Shown piece by piece: positions 15,251 to 16,297 of a DNA stretch of 16,297 nt. Under the pieces are notes generated by a model. It was not told the DNA's origin, ran no database searches, and worked only from the letters and a program-made list of their open reading frames with translations. Each line of letters begins with the position of its first letter. Within the stretch, counting starts at the first letter, position 1. The DNA lies in the NCBI GenBank assembly GCA_016839745.1, contig JAEOTS010000111.1, forward strand, positions 1 to 16,297, given 5' to 3'. This DNA is from Promethearchaeota archaeon. Its GTDB lineage: Archaea > Asgardarchaeota > Lokiarchaeia > Sigyniarchaeales > SOKP01. The translations under genes and the position numbers were made by a program.

Positions 15251-16297
15251 TTAATTATTGAAGATTTTACCGGATTTAGTCTCTTCTTCTTCACGAAGTG
15301 GTTGTTTCTGGATTTTCCCCGTAGGAGTTTGAGGTAAACTGTCCCGAAATTCTACATATTTCGGCACTTTAAAATCGGCTAGATGTTCTCTACAATAAGT
15401 GATAATTTCTTCTTCAGTAACCGATTCTCCTTCTTTTAATACTACAAATGCTTTCGGGAGTTCTCCATAGATCTTGTCACGTACTCCAATAACGGTTCCC
15501 ATTGAAACTGCAGGATGAGAATAGATTACTTCTTCGATTTCACGTGGATAAATATTTTCCCCGCCCCGTATAATCATATCTTTTTTGCGATCGGTTATAA
15601 AGAAAAAACCGTCCTCGTCCATGTGACCAATGTCTCCGGTATGTAACCACCCCTCTTTAAGAGTTTCGGCATTTGCTTCTGGATTTTTGAAGTATTCTTT
15701 CATGATATTATCGCCTTTAATAACAATTTCACCTTTAGAGTTTGGTGGAAGATCATTCCCCTTATCATCTACAATTTTCATTTCATTCCCAGGTAAAGGT
15801 ATACCGATACTACCTACTTTTCGCCTATCTTCCGTTTCAGTAGGTAGAGGATTAACTGAAGAAGCACATGTCCCTTCTGTAAGACCGTATCCTTCTACAA
15901 CTTTACAATCAAAAGTATTCTCAAATGCCTTAAACACTTCCACGGGTAAAGGAGCAGCTCCACAAACAATGTATTCTAAAGAAGAAAGATCCAAATTCTC
16001 GTGAGGCATTCTAAGTAAGATAGAAAGCACTGTTGGAACACAACTAAAAGTTGTAGCCTTATATTTTGCTACAGTTTCCCAATGTGTTTGTGCTGAAAAT
16101 CCAGGTGTCAAAATAGAGCTCGCTCCTATTATAAGAGGTGCCATAATAGTGACAATTTGTGCATTACAATGAAATAATGGTAAAATAAGCATAAACCTAA
16201 AGTATTCTTTGGCATTTATAAAATCCCTTATCATTTCAGCATTTCTTCTAATGTTAAAATGAGTTTGTAATACACCTTTTGGAAAACCGGTAGTCCC
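15251..16297 (-). CDS. fadD: Long-chain fatty-acid--CoA ligase (ANL family), 5'-truncated by the window edge
   Basis: The frame is open to the window end, where it reads GTTGFPKGVLQTH (AMP-binding P-loop), so the track's Met at 16234 is internal. Also LPLFH, EGYGLTE, WLHTGDIG, DRKKDMIIRGGENIYPREIEE, LPQTPTGKIQK. Confidence 0.93.
   Translation of the reverse strand, partial: GTTGFPKGVLQTHFNIRRNAEMIRDFINAKEYFRFMLILPLFHCNAQIVTIMAPLIIGASSILTPGFSAQTHWETVAKYKATTFSCVPTVLSILLRMPHENLDLSSLEYIVCGAAPLPVEVFKAFENTFDCKVVEGYGLTEGTCASSVNPLPTETEDRRKVGSIGIPLPGNEMKIVDDKGNDLPPNSKGEIVIKGDNIMKEYFKNPEANAETLKEGWLHTGDIGHMDEDGFFFITDRKKDMIIRGGENIYPREIEEVIYSHPAVSMGTVIGVRDKIYGELPKAFVVLKEGESVTEEEIITYCREHLADFKVPKYVEFRDSLPQTPTGKIQKQPLREEEETKSGKIFNN

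Noticed and set aside
379-16004. Short alternative-frame and antisense ORFs in the track (e.g. 379..651, 4420..4704, 5205..5474, 10096..10383, 12008..12283, 15630..16004)
   Set aside because: All overlap well-supported genes and have no recognisable motifs, so they are shadow ORFs.
15251-16234. Truncated or pseudogenised acyl-CoA ligase
   Set aside because: The frame stays open to the window edge through the P-loop, so the truncation is a window artefact.
1-16297. CRISPR arrays, tRNA/rRNA, IS elements, defence or phage genes
   Set aside because: I found no regularly spaced repeats, GC-rich structured RNA segments, transposase motifs or terminal inverted repeats. All internal intergenic gaps are under 170 nt.

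Overview
An AT-rich, densely coding window that looks archaeal: BRE/TATA promoters, oligo-T terminators, GGAGGTGA-type ribosome-binding sites, and a membrane-anchored, non-lipoprotein binding protein with N-glycosylation sequons. The gene style suggests an Asgard/Lokiarchaeia-type genome, which is inference only. The + strand carries a thiolase-fold protein lacking the catalytic Cys, a DUF35 Zn-ribbon/OB protein and an SCP2-like protein. These are followed by a polar amino-acid ABC transporter (one permease has an extra ~4-TM N-terminal domain), low-specificity threonine aldolase, an isomerase-type crotonase, and a CrtI/RetSat-family flavoprotein coupled to an FAD/NAD/[2Fe-2S] reductase. The - strand carries an acyl-CoA ligase (cut by the window edge), Ltp4-like and Ltp3-like thiolase-fold proteins, two DUF35 proteins and a second crotonase. 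The main signal is that none of the three 'thiolases' has the nucleophilic cysteine, and each sits in an operon with DUF35 partners. This points to a retro-aldolase-based, O2-independent system for branched, isoprenoid or steroid-type lipids rather than ordinary beta-oxidation. I saw no rRNA, tRNA, CRISPR array or mobile element. All family assignments come from motif recognition, with no database searches.
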